Positions 27,287 to 36,430 of a stretch of DNA of 64,000 nucleotides are shown here, one piece after another; within the stretch, counting starts at the first letter, position 1, and each line of letters starts with the position of its first letter. The notes below the pieces were generated by a model that saw nothing but the letters and a program-made list of their open reading frames with translations, ran no database searches and was not told where the DNA came from. Location: positions 64,122 to 128,121 of the forward strand of contig NTJQ01000002.1 in the NCBI GenBank assembly GCA_002457555.1, written 5' to 3'. This stretch comes from Marine Group II euryarchaeote MED-G37 (GTDB lineage Archaea > Thermoplasmatota > Poseidoniia > Poseidoniales > Thalassarchaeaceae). The translations under genes were made by a program, and so were the position numbers.

Positions 27287-28525
27287 TCACAAATGACTCT
27301 GTAATCTATAGCGGCAACGAGCCGCTTCAGCGATTAGTGGGTCTGCATCACTCATCGTGGTTATTGCATCGACCGTCTTTGGGACTGCAGAGTTGACCTG
27401 CTTACTGCGTCCACCTCTTCCCTTGCTTACATTGCGAGCCATAATCATGCCAAGTGTATCTAATTCATTTAACAAGGTAGAGATTCTCCTTGCAGTCAAT
27501 GGCTCGACGTTAACATTCAGGCAAGCATCGGAGTATGTTCTGTAAACTTCCCCAGTCGAGATGTTTCGCAGTCCATTGTCTTCGTTTATTCTGATTGCGA
27601 ACAGGACTAACTTCTGATGAAGTGGAAGAGTCTGCAATACAGGTGTGACTTGGTCGTGCTCCAATTGTGATTGTGCGAGACGTACATGTCTTGGATCCAC
27701 CTTTGTCTGAGAGCGTTGTTCAGCCTTCTGAACTGAAATTCGTAAAAGGTCCAAAGCTCGACGTGCATCTCCATGTTCTTGTGCAGCCAAGGCAGCGCAA
27801 AGTTGCACAACTCCCTGTTCTAGAACTTCTTCTCGCAGACCAGTATTGGCTCTCTCGGTCAGAATATCGGTAATTTCGGATGCTCCATATGGGTGAAAAA
27901 TTAGGTCCTCTTGACCGAGTCGACCAGATACTCTTGGGTCGAGTAGTTGTGTGAAGTGCAAATCATTACTAATTCCAATAATACAGCATCGAGAGCGTTT
28001 GAGAATTGTGTTCAGGTTGGTTAAATTATACAGCAGATTATCCCCCACGCGTTCCACTAGATTGTCAATTTCATCGAGCACAATGATGTGAACACCTCCA
28101 GCACGGTCCATCCTTTCGATTAGTTGTTCTAGGACTCTGTCGGTAGGCCAGCCAGTAAATGGAATTGGTGCATCTCCCCGTTCAGACAATTTTGTCGCCA
28201 AAGTCTGTACAACTCTGTAGCGGGTATCTACTTGCCTACAGTTGATTTCGTAGGTGCGCACAGGCTGTCCCATTTCCCTTCCCTTTTGTCTAAGTTGACC
28301 CAAAACGAATCGTGTTACCACCGTCTTTCCAGATCCTGGAACGCCATAGAGGAGCATGTTGGACGGAATATGGCCGTTGAGAGCGTCCACTAAATTTCTC
28401 ACAAGCGCTTCGACCTCGCGATCTCGGTGAGGTAGTGTGGTAGGTTCGAAAGCGTGGTCGAAGGCTTTTCTATCGAGGAATAGGGAATCTTGCCCCAAAA
28501 TCTTCTCGAAAATATTTCCTTCCAT
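27287..28525 (-). CDS. orc1/cdc6: Orc1/Cdc6 replication initiator
   Basis: An AAA+ Walker A LYGVPGSGKTV, Walker B IIVLDEID, sensor region GISN and a C-terminal winged helix (TGEVYRTY...LLNELDTLGMI) are present. Confidence 0.9.
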   Translation of the reverse strand: MEGNIFEKILGQDSLFLDRKAFDHAFEPTTLPHRDREVEALVRNLVDALNGHIPSNMLLYGVPGSGKTVVTRFVLGQLRQKGREMGQPVRTYEINCRQVDTRYRVVQTLATKLSERGDAPIPFTGWPTDRVLEQLIERMDRAGGVHIIVLDEIDNLVERVGDNLLYNLTNLNTILKRSRCCIIGISNDLHFTQLLDPRVSGRLGQEDLIFHPYGASEITDILTERANTGLREEVLEQGVVQLCAALAAQEHGDARRALDLLRISVQKAEQRSQTKVDPRHVRLAQSQLEHDQVTPVLQTLPLHQKLVLFAIRINEDNGLRNISTGEVYRTYSDACLNVNVEPLTARRISTLLNELDTLGMIMARNVSKGRGGRSKQVNSAVPKTVDAITTMSDADPLIAEAARCRYRLQSHL

Positions 28526-28932
28526 TTTTTAACACACAACCGCTTATCATTCCAAGTTCACTAACTCGTCCTGTCTCAGGAGTCATCGGAAGCAAACGCG
28601 GATTCTTCACGAGGGCGTTGGTGGTAATGAAAGTTGTCGGACCTATGGTGAAGAAATGCCTAATTATGTTGGTTACCAAAATGCTTAATTATTTTTCTTT
28701 CAAACAATAGAATTTCATTAAAATAACATTTCAGTAAGCCTTTAATTGAATTAATTAGCTAAATCAGTTTATTTTTTTCACCGATTAAAATGGCGTGGTT
28801 GTTAATTAGATTGAGTGGAATTGAAATTATCTTCTAGAGATTGGTAAATTACAGGGCAATATTCGTTGTGTTTCTAGAATATTATGTTCCGTTTTCTCCT
28901 TCTTCATATTTATAGAAGATATTTTTTTACTA
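28526..28932. other. Candidate replication origin (AT-rich unwinding region with two ORB-like elements)
   Basis: This 407-nt non-coding gap lies directly upstream of orc1/cdc6. The core at 28680-28930 is very AT-rich. GTGGTAATGAAA (28621-28632) and GTGGAATTGAAA (28815-28826) are both preceded by TTG and flank the AT-rich core. Confidence 0.45.
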
Positions 28933-29751
28933 TTATTTTCTAACATAAAATTTTTCGCCATTTTCTTCAATGACCAATTCATCCCCATCCTTAAGTTGAA
29001 TGATTCCCTCATCCAATTTTGGAGTCGGAAAACCACCTTCTTGATCTACAGCATTAGAGTAATTATGAGAGACTAGAATTGTTGCATGCGGCTGCCGTTC
29101 GGCAAGTGAGTTAACTTGCTGAGGATTGTGATGATTAGGGCTGTCGACAAAATCCGGAACTCCCATTTCGATTAGAATTGCATTGGCTTCTGTAGCCCGA
29201 TCTTCAATCTCCTTGCAAGGCCCTGAGTCGCCACAATGTAGTAGTTTGAACCCACTCTTATGAGTTAGCATGTAGCCATGCGGGTCGGTTTCGGGAGTGT
29301 GAACCACTTGGAATCTTTCGAAACTCCAATCGGAATTTTCTATTTCTCCTGATTCTTTTTCCAGCCAATTAATGTCATCGTTCAGAACTTTGTTCAAGCT
29401 TCCTGGAAACCCAACATGACTGAGGTTGGAGAGAATCTCTTTACCCCCAGGTCTGAGATAGACATTCAAAGGATTCTCAGCATTGGAAACTACCTTTCTT
29501 TCAAGGATTAGGAATGGAAATCCAAACATATGGTCTGCATGCCAATGTGTAAACAATAGGTGTTCAATTTCGTCGCTAGAAACTCCTACACGTCGTAATT
29601 GTGGTAGTAGGGTTGGTGGTGCATCTACCAATATTTTTCCATCGATTAAAGCCAGTGCATGCATTCTTCCATGGGGAGTAAATGCATTCCCGGTGCCTAG
29701 GAACTGCACGCGGGGCATGACTCTCCATGCGGCGTCTATGACTTGAGCCAT
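28933..29751 (-). CDS. Metallo-beta-lactamase fold hydrolase (RNase Z/PhnP-like)
   Basis: The motif HxHxDH appears in LLFTHWHADHMFG. The N-terminus is FLGTGNAF, with a later HCGDSG. Confidence 0.7.
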   Translation of the reverse strand: MAQVIDAAWRVMPRVQFLGTGNAFTPHGRMHALALIDGKILVDAPPTLLPQLRRVGVSSDEIEHLLFTHWHADHMFGFPFLILERKVVSNAENPLNVYLRPGGKEILSNLSHVGFPGSLNKVLNDDINWLEKESGEIENSDWSFERFQVVHTPETDPHGYMLTHKSGFKLLHCGDSGPCKEIEDRATEANAILIEMGVPDFVDSPNHHNPQQVNSLAERQPHATILVSHNYSNAVDQEGGFPTPKLDEGIIQLKDGDELVIEENGEKFYVRK

Positions 29752-29817
29752 TCGGGCGAACCTTTGCCCCTTGTTTTCATAAACGGACTTTCGCTCGGTG
29801 GGTTGCTGGTGAGTGCT

Positions 29818-31095
29818 ATGTCCGATTGGAGTGCAAAGAATCCGTACAGCTCTAAGTTAACGGAAAATTACGTCCTCAATGGAGAAGGTTCGAGAAAAGA
29901 AACTCGCCATGTAGTATTCGATTTGGGAGATTCTGGTCTAGAATACAAGGCTGGAGATGCACTGGGTGTAATTCCTCGTTGTCCTCCTGAGTTGGTTGAG
30001 CAATTAATTTCAACAGTCAACTTTAGCGGAGATGAGTTGGTTGAAACTCATCTTGGCGAGGCTACCCTGAAGGAAGCCCTAACCGACCATTTGGAGATTC
30101 ACAGAATTTCAAAGAAATGGATTCAAAATCTTGGCACTAGAATGGCTGATGATGGACCCGTGGAGATTAGAATCGCTCGTAGACATCGAGTTTCAACTGA
30201 GGATGGTTCTCTGCTCGTAGATTGGTCCGGTTCAGGAGAAGACGGAGATGTTCCAGAAGGCTACGAAGAAATCGGCGCCGCCTGTGACCCAGCTGAGGTA
30301 CTTTGGAGAAGCCTAACAGGCGATGCAGATGCAATGGAGGACTACATTTGGTCTCGCGATTATATCGATGCCATGGCAGATTTTGGACACATTGGATTTA
30401 CTGCCCAACAATTTATCGATGGAATGGGTCGATTGAAGCCACGTCTGTACTCTATTGCTAGTAGTCCAGAGCATGAGCCGGGCACCGTTCACTTGACTGT
30501 GGGTATTGTGCGTTACTCTCACCACGATCGAGACCGAACCGGCCTCTGCACAGGATTTCTTTCTGACCGCTGCGAGACCAACGATACCGAGATTGGTGTA
30601 TTCATGTCTCCAACTCGTTCATTCATTTTGCCGGAAGACGGCAACACCGATTGCATAATGGTAGGCCCAGGAACCGGAATTGCACCTTTCCGTGCCTATC
30701 TTCAACAGCGCGATATAAATGGCGACCAAGGACGTAATTGGCTATTCTTTGGCGACTGGACCGAAGAAGGAGAATACTACTACCGAGATGAAATGGAAGA
30801 TTGGAAGGAGCGAGGCGTTATCGATCACCATGACTTAGCATGGAGTCGCGCTGGAGACGAGAAGGTATACGTTCAACATCTAATGGCAAAGCATGGCGAA
30901 GAAATCTGGAATTGGATTGACGGCGGAGCCTACTTTTACGTCTGTGGAGATAAGAATTACATGGCTAAAGACGTACATTCAACCTTGATCGACATATGTG
31001 CAAAACATGGTGGAATGTCCCCTGATGAGGCCAAAGAATTCGTAGAATTCGGAATGATGAAAACAGACAAGAGATATCTTCGAGACGTCTATTGA
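29818..31095 (+). CDS. CysJ/CPR-type FAD- and NADPH-binding reductase lacking the flavodoxin domain
   Basis: The blocks RHVVFDL..SGLEYKAGDALGV, RLYSIASSP, GPGTGIAPFR and YVCGD are present, with a terminal YLRDVY. No FMN/flavodoxin module is present. I chose the start at ATG 29818 to avoid overlapping the divergent gene. Confidence 0.7.
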   Translation: MSDWSAKNPYSSKLTENYVLNGEGSRKETRHVVFDLGDSGLEYKAGDALGVIPRCPPELVEQLISTVNFSGDELVETHLGEATLKEALTDHLEIHRISKKWIQNLGTRMADDGPVEIRIARRHRVSTEDGSLLVDWSGSGEDGDVPEGYEEIGAACDPAEVLWRSLTGDADAMEDYIWSRDYIDAMADFGHIGFTAQQFIDGMGRLKPRLYSIASSPEHEPGTVHLTVGIVRYSHHDRDRTGLCTGFLSDRCETNDTEIGVFMSPTRSFILPEDGNTDCIMVGPGTGIAPFRAYLQQRDINGDQGRNWLFFGDWTEEGEYYYRDEMEDWKERGVIDHHDLAWSRAGDEKVYVQHLMAKHGEEIWNWIDGGAYFYVCGDKNYMAKDVHSTLIDICAKHGGMSPDEAKEFVEFGMMKTDKRYLRDVY

Positions 31096-31173
31096 TTGAG
31101 AGAATTCTTCTCTTCTCGACCGCCTACGGCGGTCGCCGAACCCTACATAGGATTCAACCTCCAGCGAGGTTTG

Positions 31174-32511
31174 ATGTTCCGCAGGGTGCTGATTGCAAAT
31201 CGAGGCGAGATAGCCTTGCGAATTTTGCGTTCTTTGAGGACTCTAGGAATCGAGGCTGTAATGATTCACGGTCGCGAAGATCGTCTGACAACACCCGTTC
31301 GCCTCGCTGATGAGGCGATTCACATTCCTAGAGATGACCCTCTAGCGTCCTATCTGGACATTGAGGCAATTGTGGCTGCCGCCAAAGAGGTCGGAGCCGA
31401 CGCAGTACATCCTGGATATGGATTTCTTGCAGAAAATCCAATTTTTGCTGATAGGTTAGCCGAGGAGGGGATTACATTCATCGGTCCAAGTCCAGAGGTA
31501 TTGAGAGTCCTCGGTGACAAAATCACTGCTAGAGAAACCATGTCTAAGGCGGGCTTACCAATTGCCAAGGGATCTCCTGGGCCGGTATCTGACCCCAAGG
31601 AAGCCGAGGCAATTGCCGATGATATCGGCTTCCCTGTAATCATCAAGGCGGCCGCTGGTGGTGGTGGAATCGGTATGCAAGTGGTAGATTCCACCGATGA
31701 ATTCGAATCGGCTCTGAACCTATGTCAAGGTCGAGCACTTTCAGCCTTCGGTGATGACAGAGTCTTCCTAGAGAAATTCATCGAAGGCGCTCAACACGTA
31801 GAATTCCAAGTCCTTGGAGATGGTGAAGATGCAATTCATTTTGGTGAGAGGTTCTGTTCAATCCAACGCCGTCACCAAAAAATCTTGGAAGAAGGCCCTT
31901 GGCTTTCTGATGACGTTAGAGCGGATATAGGCGCACGAGTCGTAGCAGGAGCCAAGGCAGTGGGTTACAAGGGACTAGCAACTTTCGAGTTTCTCAGAGA
32001 TTCTCATGGAGAGTTCTACTTTCTCGAAGTTAACCCTCGAGTTCAGGTCGAGCACACGGTTACAGAGATGATTACCGGATACGACCTAGTATCTCTTGGA
32101 ATTAGAGTCGCCTCGGGAGAGAGTCTACCAATCTCACAGGATGGTGTTGAGATATCAGGCCATGCAATTCAAGCTCGACTCAATGCTGAAGACCCCAGAA
32201 CTTTGGAACCATCTCCTGGCCGTCTTTGGGAATGCCATTGGCCGGCAGGACCTGGTGTCAGGGTCGACACCCATGCTCACACAGGATACGATATGCCTCC
32301 CTCATTCGACTCCTTGCTCGCTAAACTAATCGTTTGGGGGAGAGATAGACAAGAGGCGATTAGAAGGCTCGATGCCGCTCTTGCGGAGACCATGATTTTG
32401 GGGGTGGAAACCCTAATTCCATTACACAGGGCAATTCTTTCAGAAGATGACTTCCGAAATAGAGATGTAACAATCAGGTATCTTGAGGAACATCCGGACC
32501 TGCTTAATTGA
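31174..32511 (+). CDS. accC: Biotin carboxylase (ATP-grasp, AccC-type)
   Basis: The protein has MFRRVLIANRGEIALRILRS, HPGYGFLAEN, the ATP-grasp glycine loop KAAAGGGGIGM, and EVNPRVQVEHTVTEMITGYDLV. No BCCP or carboxyltransferase gene lies in the window. Confidence 0.85.
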   Translation: MFRRVLIANRGEIALRILRSLRTLGIEAVMIHGREDRLTTPVRLADEAIHIPRDDPLASYLDIEAIVAAAKEVGADAVHPGYGFLAENPIFADRLAEEGITFIGPSPEVLRVLGDKITARETMSKAGLPIAKGSPGPVSDPKEAEAIADDIGFPVIIKAAAGGGGIGMQVVDSTDEFESALNLCQGRALSAFGDDRVFLEKFIEGAQHVEFQVLGDGEDAIHFGERFCSIQRRHQKILEEGPWLSDDVRADIGARVVAGAKAVGYKGLATFEFLRDSHGEFYFLEVNPRVQVEHTVTEMITGYDLVSLGIRVASGESLPISQDGVEISGHAIQARLNAEDPRTLEPSPGRLWECHWPAGPGVRVDTHAHTGYDMPPSFDSLLAKLIVWGRDRQEAIRRLDAALAETMILGVETLIPLHRAILSEDDFRNRDVTIRYLEEHPDLLN

Positions 32512-32520
32512 GGTGATAGT

Positions 32521-33486
32521 ATGGACATGGTAATCGTCGGTTCAATTGGATATGATGACATCCAAACTCCGGCTGAAAGTGGATCCGACCTGCTTGGAGG
32601 TGCGGCAGTGTATTCCGGACTTGCAGCCTCTTTTCATCTTCGAACCAAGGATGAACAGCCAACCAAGGTTGGTATAGTCGGTGTCGTCGGAGATGATTTT
32701 GCTGTCTACGATCAAATGATTTTGGAGAAAGCCGGATTGAATTTAGCCGGAGTTGTACGTGCTGAGGGGGATACATTCCGATGGTCTGGTAAGTACGAAG
32801 GCGCCATGGAATCCGTGGAGACATTAGCAACCGAAGTAAATGTTTTAGGTGATTTCAAACCAAATTTACCAGAGGTTTGGGAAAACCCAGAAGTTCTCTT
32901 TTGTGCCAGTACTCATCCTGACACTCAAGTTGCGGTATTGGACCAATGTCCTGGAGCGCAATTGACCGTATTAGACACCTTCATGCTATGGATTGAGACT
33001 GAGTTTCAGACATTAAGTGAAGCCATGCGCAAGGTCGACATAGTAGTGATCAATGAACAGGAAGTCTGCGCTATTGCCGGGGATGAGATTCTACCACGCG
33101 CTATGAAATCAATAATCTCAGGTGAGGCTCTGCATGGTGGTTCAGCGGCTGGCTCTGGTCCTCGTTGCTTAATCGCAAAGCGTGGAAGTGGTGGAGTCAT
33201 TGCAATGCTTCCAGCGGGCACACTATCACTACCTGCATATCCAACCGATGAAATTGTTGACCCCACAGGTTGTGGCGATTCATTCGCCGGCTCATTAATT
33301 GCATACCTTGTGGGTAGACAGGGCGTGTTGAGTGATATTGAAGCGATTAGAAATGCGCTGGTTCACGCCACTGTAACCTCTTCATTCACTTTGGGTGGAC
33401 TCGGTACTTCTGGTATTGCCTCAATTGACCGTGGTGTATACCACGCCCGTGTAGACAGATATAGAAGAATTGCTGGAATAAAGTGA
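32521..33486 (+). CDS. PfkB-family carbohydrate/nucleoside kinase
   Basis: An N-terminal GG motif region and the C-terminal signature DPTGCGDSFAG are present. The gene starts 9 nt downstream of accC. Confidence 0.75.
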   Translation: MDMVIVGSIGYDDIQTPAESGSDLLGGAAVYSGLAASFHLRTKDEQPTKVGIVGVVGDDFAVYDQMILEKAGLNLAGVVRAEGDTFRWSGKYEGAMESVETLATEVNVLGDFKPNLPEVWENPEVLFCASTHPDTQVAVLDQCPGAQLTVLDTFMLWIETEFQTLSEAMRKVDIVVINEQEVCAIAGDEILPRAMKSIISGEALHGGSAAGSGPRCLIAKRGSGGVIAMLPAGTLSLPAYPTDEIVDPTGCGDSFAGSLIAYLVGRQGVLSDIEAIRNALVHATVTSSFTLGGLGTSGIASIDRGVYHARVDRYRRIAGIK

Positions 33487-33490
33487 GAAT

Positions 33491-35224
33491 TCACTTCAAT
33501 TGACGTATACCGGGTAATCGATTATCTCCTTTCTGTGTGGTTGGACGAAGTTGAGAAAATCGTAATTGCTCACTCGCTGATTTGCTGATTGTTTCTTTCT
33601 CTTCTCCAGATGCTACCCGAGCCACCACATTTTCTAGTACGTCTCTGGCTGATGAGGGACTGTTTGTTGAGGCAATTTCTCTAGACCTTGAGGCCACATC
33701 CGCTTGGTGATCTTGATCAGAGCGTAACCTGAGAAGTTGACTAGACCTAAATCTCGCTTCTCCACTATGAGTCTCGCCATCTTCATCGCCATAAACATCG
33801 GCATATTGCCTCCTAGGCTGAGCCGGAGAAATTAACGAAGTAAGCCAATTTTGTTTTCTTGGTGTACCCATTGAACTACGAACCCGACCACTGGTCATAC
33901 TATTGGCAAGCTTCGACACTGCAGGAAATTCCTCTTCGAAGTGTTCTGGGTCGGTTGTTGGAGCGGATAATGCTCGACTTTGGTTTTCAGTTTGCCAAGC
34001 GGAACGTGCCTTTGCGGTCTTTACTAATCCTGGCTTACATTCTTCACGAACAGCATTTTCTGTTGGACTTGGAAGACCCCATGTCGGAGAATTGTTTGTT
34101 TGTGATTGAGCATGAAGATTTCGTGCTGAGCGAATCATCTGTGAACTTGACAGTGGCCTATCGGGATTCGTCGTAGCGGGCTGGGAATATGAGGTCGGTG
34201 TTGTGATGCCTGATGTTGTGGGTTGAGGAGTTGTAGGTGTATCATCGAATAGCGAGAAGTCCATACTAGGTTCAGACTCAACGTAATTTGTTGGGTTCGC
34301 ATTACCTGTAGGCGTATCTACTCCAAATAGCCCTCCTTCTCCAAACATATCGAATGAACCCATAGCATCTGAGAAAGCCTCGTCAAGTCTATCCTCCTGC
34401 GAGGGGCCCTTTTCCTGATACCATTCAGGTGATTCTTCGCGACCCCAAGCTCTCTCGTAAGCGGAGCGAGAATCTGTGGTTTCAGTAGGATAAGTAGAGA
34501 TTTTAGATGGAGTTGGTTCCAAAGCATCTAGGGATGCAAAAATACCACCATCTTGTCTAACAGGTTGTGTAAGTTCAGGTTGAGCCACAACAGAAGTCAT
34601 GGGGATTGAGGGATTTGTTTCTGTCGATGCATATCTCGAAGAAATCGGTTCAGCCTGAAAAATTGTAGCCTCTGAATTATCTATGGTGTCTGGTGCGTTG
34701 AGAAGAGCCTTTGGCTGGTTTTGAGCAAGCAATCTTTCTCTCTCTTCCTCCAGTTCTTGTAGACCCGCTTTTGCCTCTTCGATTGTACTTCCGTGCATAA
34801 CACGGTCGACCATCATACACAATCGAAGTAATTCCGACTGAGTGCCCGAAACTAGATATTTGTCTCCAGCATTAGTCTCAATCGACAATACAGGATTCTT
34901 CAATCTAAGATAGCTAAACACAGAAAGAGCACCTGTTGCGGCTACTGCCCACCCAATTGGAGGAGTGATTACAGTAGCACCTACCCAAACTCCAACAGCA
35001 CCGATTGTTAGGAAACTATTCGGTAATTTTGCTAGGTTGATATTTCTTAGAGTTGAGATATTGGAGAGATTGATTCTGATTCCATATCCAGAGTAGTCCT
35101 CGAAGGTCAGCTGTCGCTTTGTGAGGATCCCGCAAAATCTCCCACTTATACCGACTAGATTGAGGTTGTCGAATAGTTCCGAATCTCCTTCATCCAGTCG
35201 GGCATTACGCCCGGCTGAGTACAT
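33491..35224 (-). CDS. Hypothetical protein: N-terminal PH-like/TM module plus ~400 aa of low-complexity S/T/P/Q-rich region
   Basis: The N-terminal ~170 aa contain a hydrophobic hairpin (FLTIGAVGVWVGATVITPPIGWAVAATGALSVF) embedded in a beta-rich domain. The rest is compositionally biased and probably disordered. Confidence 0.5.
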   Translation of the reverse strand: MYSAGRNARLDEGDSELFDNLNLVGISGRFCGILTKRQLTFEDYSGYGIRINLSNISTLRNINLAKLPNSFLTIGAVGVWVGATVITPPIGWAVAATGALSVFSYLRLKNPVLSIETNAGDKYLVSGTQSELLRLCMMVDRVMHGSTIEEAKAGLQELEEERERLLAQNQPKALLNAPDTIDNSEATIFQAEPISSRYASTETNPSIPMTSVVAQPELTQPVRQDGGIFASLDALEPTPSKISTYPTETTDSRSAYERAWGREESPEWYQEKGPSQEDRLDEAFSDAMGSFDMFGEGGLFGVDTPTGNANPTNYVESEPSMDFSLFDDTPTTPQPTTSGITTPTSYSQPATTNPDRPLSSSQMIRSARNLHAQSQTNNSPTWGLPSPTENAVREECKPGLVKTAKARSAWQTENQSRALSAPTTDPEHFEEEFPAVSKLANSMTSGRVRSSMGTPRKQNWLTSLISPAQPRRQYADVYGDEDGETHSGEARFRSSQLLRLRSDQDHQADVASRSREIASTNSPSSARDVLENVVARVASGEEKETISKSASEQLRFSQLRPTTQKGDNRLPGIRQLK

Positions 35225-35349
35225 CCCGCTTAACCGAGCGCCTCCTCGAGGCTATAACTGCTCGGGATGTAGAGCAGTGTTAGGAGCAACTTGAGCGCGC
35301 GTGAGGAGTTCGCCGAAATCTCCAATGCTATACCTTAGAATAAATGAAA

Positions 35350-36372
35350 TTAGGCTTGTTCAATAGTTTCCACACTACCGATAATTCTCATAGGCATAGC
35401 GTCGAGTTGTGTGATCAATATCTCGGGTGAGCCTTCGGCTCTAATCCAAAGCGGATTTTCCCATTCGATAGAAATTAAGTCACCGTCGACTCGCTTTATT
35501 CTACCAACGACAAATTGCAAATCAACTGCTGCATGGATTACATCTTCATTTGTTAATTTCCTCTTTTGGAATGGCGCCGTTTTGATTTTTATCTTTGAAT
35601 TATCATGGCGAATAAGCGCCTGCGAATCAGGATGAATAATCATGCACCCCCGGTGTAATGATTCCTCTCTTAAGTTCCTCAATGCGACTCCGACACGATC
35701 ACCTGCAACAGCCGAATTAACATCGTCATCCATTACCTGTAGAGACCTAACTACACCAGTTTCGTTTGCTGGTAAAATTACTACCTCGTCATGCTTGTTT
35801 ACAGTGCCTGATTGAACATAACCAATTGCAACTAAGCCAACACCCTTGACATTGAAATGTTGGTCAACAGGCAATACCATATTCGTGGAGTTATTTTTCG
35901 AACCTACCGTATGCATGTGTTGAAACAATTCCTCTCTTAAATCATGTGAATCAGGAACCGATTCATACAATTTCCAAGTCTTAAGACCAGCTTGTGAGAG
36001 AATCATATTGACTTGCTCTGAATCTACCCATTGACCCTCGGCAGGGTTGATGATTGCGATTCCTCTTTCTATTCCTGCCGCGCCAAAAGATACCAAAATC
36101 TCCCCCAGTGCTGCATCGACATTTGTGATTTCGACAATACCGACCTCGGCAACATTGAGAACAGAGAGAAGAGGTCTAAGTCTCTCTGGATGCCTCAGTG
36201 GGCGAAGTAAAGACAGAACGCAGGTTTCACCCTCTCGCTGTTCTTTGTAAACATACGATTCAATATCTCGAACATCGTTAGACTTCGCTAATGTTCTAGC
36301 AAGTTCTTCATTGCCGACAAAGGCGACATTCAACACCGACATGGATTGCTCGGACGAGGTTATAGTCATCAA
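35350..36372 (-). CDS. EF-Tu/EF-1alpha-like protein with degenerate GTPase motifs
   Basis: A domain II signature is clear: NVKGVGLVAIGYVQSGTVNKHDEVVILP....VRSLQV....V..AVAGDRVGVALRN. At the G1 position the sequence is VAFVGNEELARTL, with no GxxxxGK(S/T). G3 and G4 are not recognisable (TNVD at best). Confidence 0.6.
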   Translation of the reverse strand: MMTITSSEQSMSVLNVAFVGNEELARTLAKSNDVRDIESYVYKEQREGETCVLSLLRPLRHPERLRPLLSVLNVAEVGIVEITNVDAALGEILVSFGAAGIERGIAIINPAEGQWVDSEQVNMILSQAGLKTWKLYESVPDSHDLREELFQHMHTVGSKNNSTNMVLPVDQHFNVKGVGLVAIGYVQSGTVNKHDEVVILPANETGVVRSLQVMDDDVNSAVAGDRVGVALRNLREESLHRGCMIIHPDSQALIRHDNSKIKIKTAPFQKRKLTNEDVIHAAVDLQFVVGRIKRVDGDLISIEWENPLWIRAEGSPEILITQLDAMPMRIIGSVETIEQA

Positions 36373-36430
36373 TTCGACGGGTGGAAATGGTTGGCAATGA
36401 GTTCATATCAGACACGATGTATGGATAATC

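Noticed and set aside
28470-29036. ORFs 28470-28679 and 28827-29036 in the orc1-proximal spacer
   Set aside because: They are AT-rich, Lys/Asn/Ile-biased chance frames. One overlaps the orc1 start and the other the MBL gene end, and neither has any motif.
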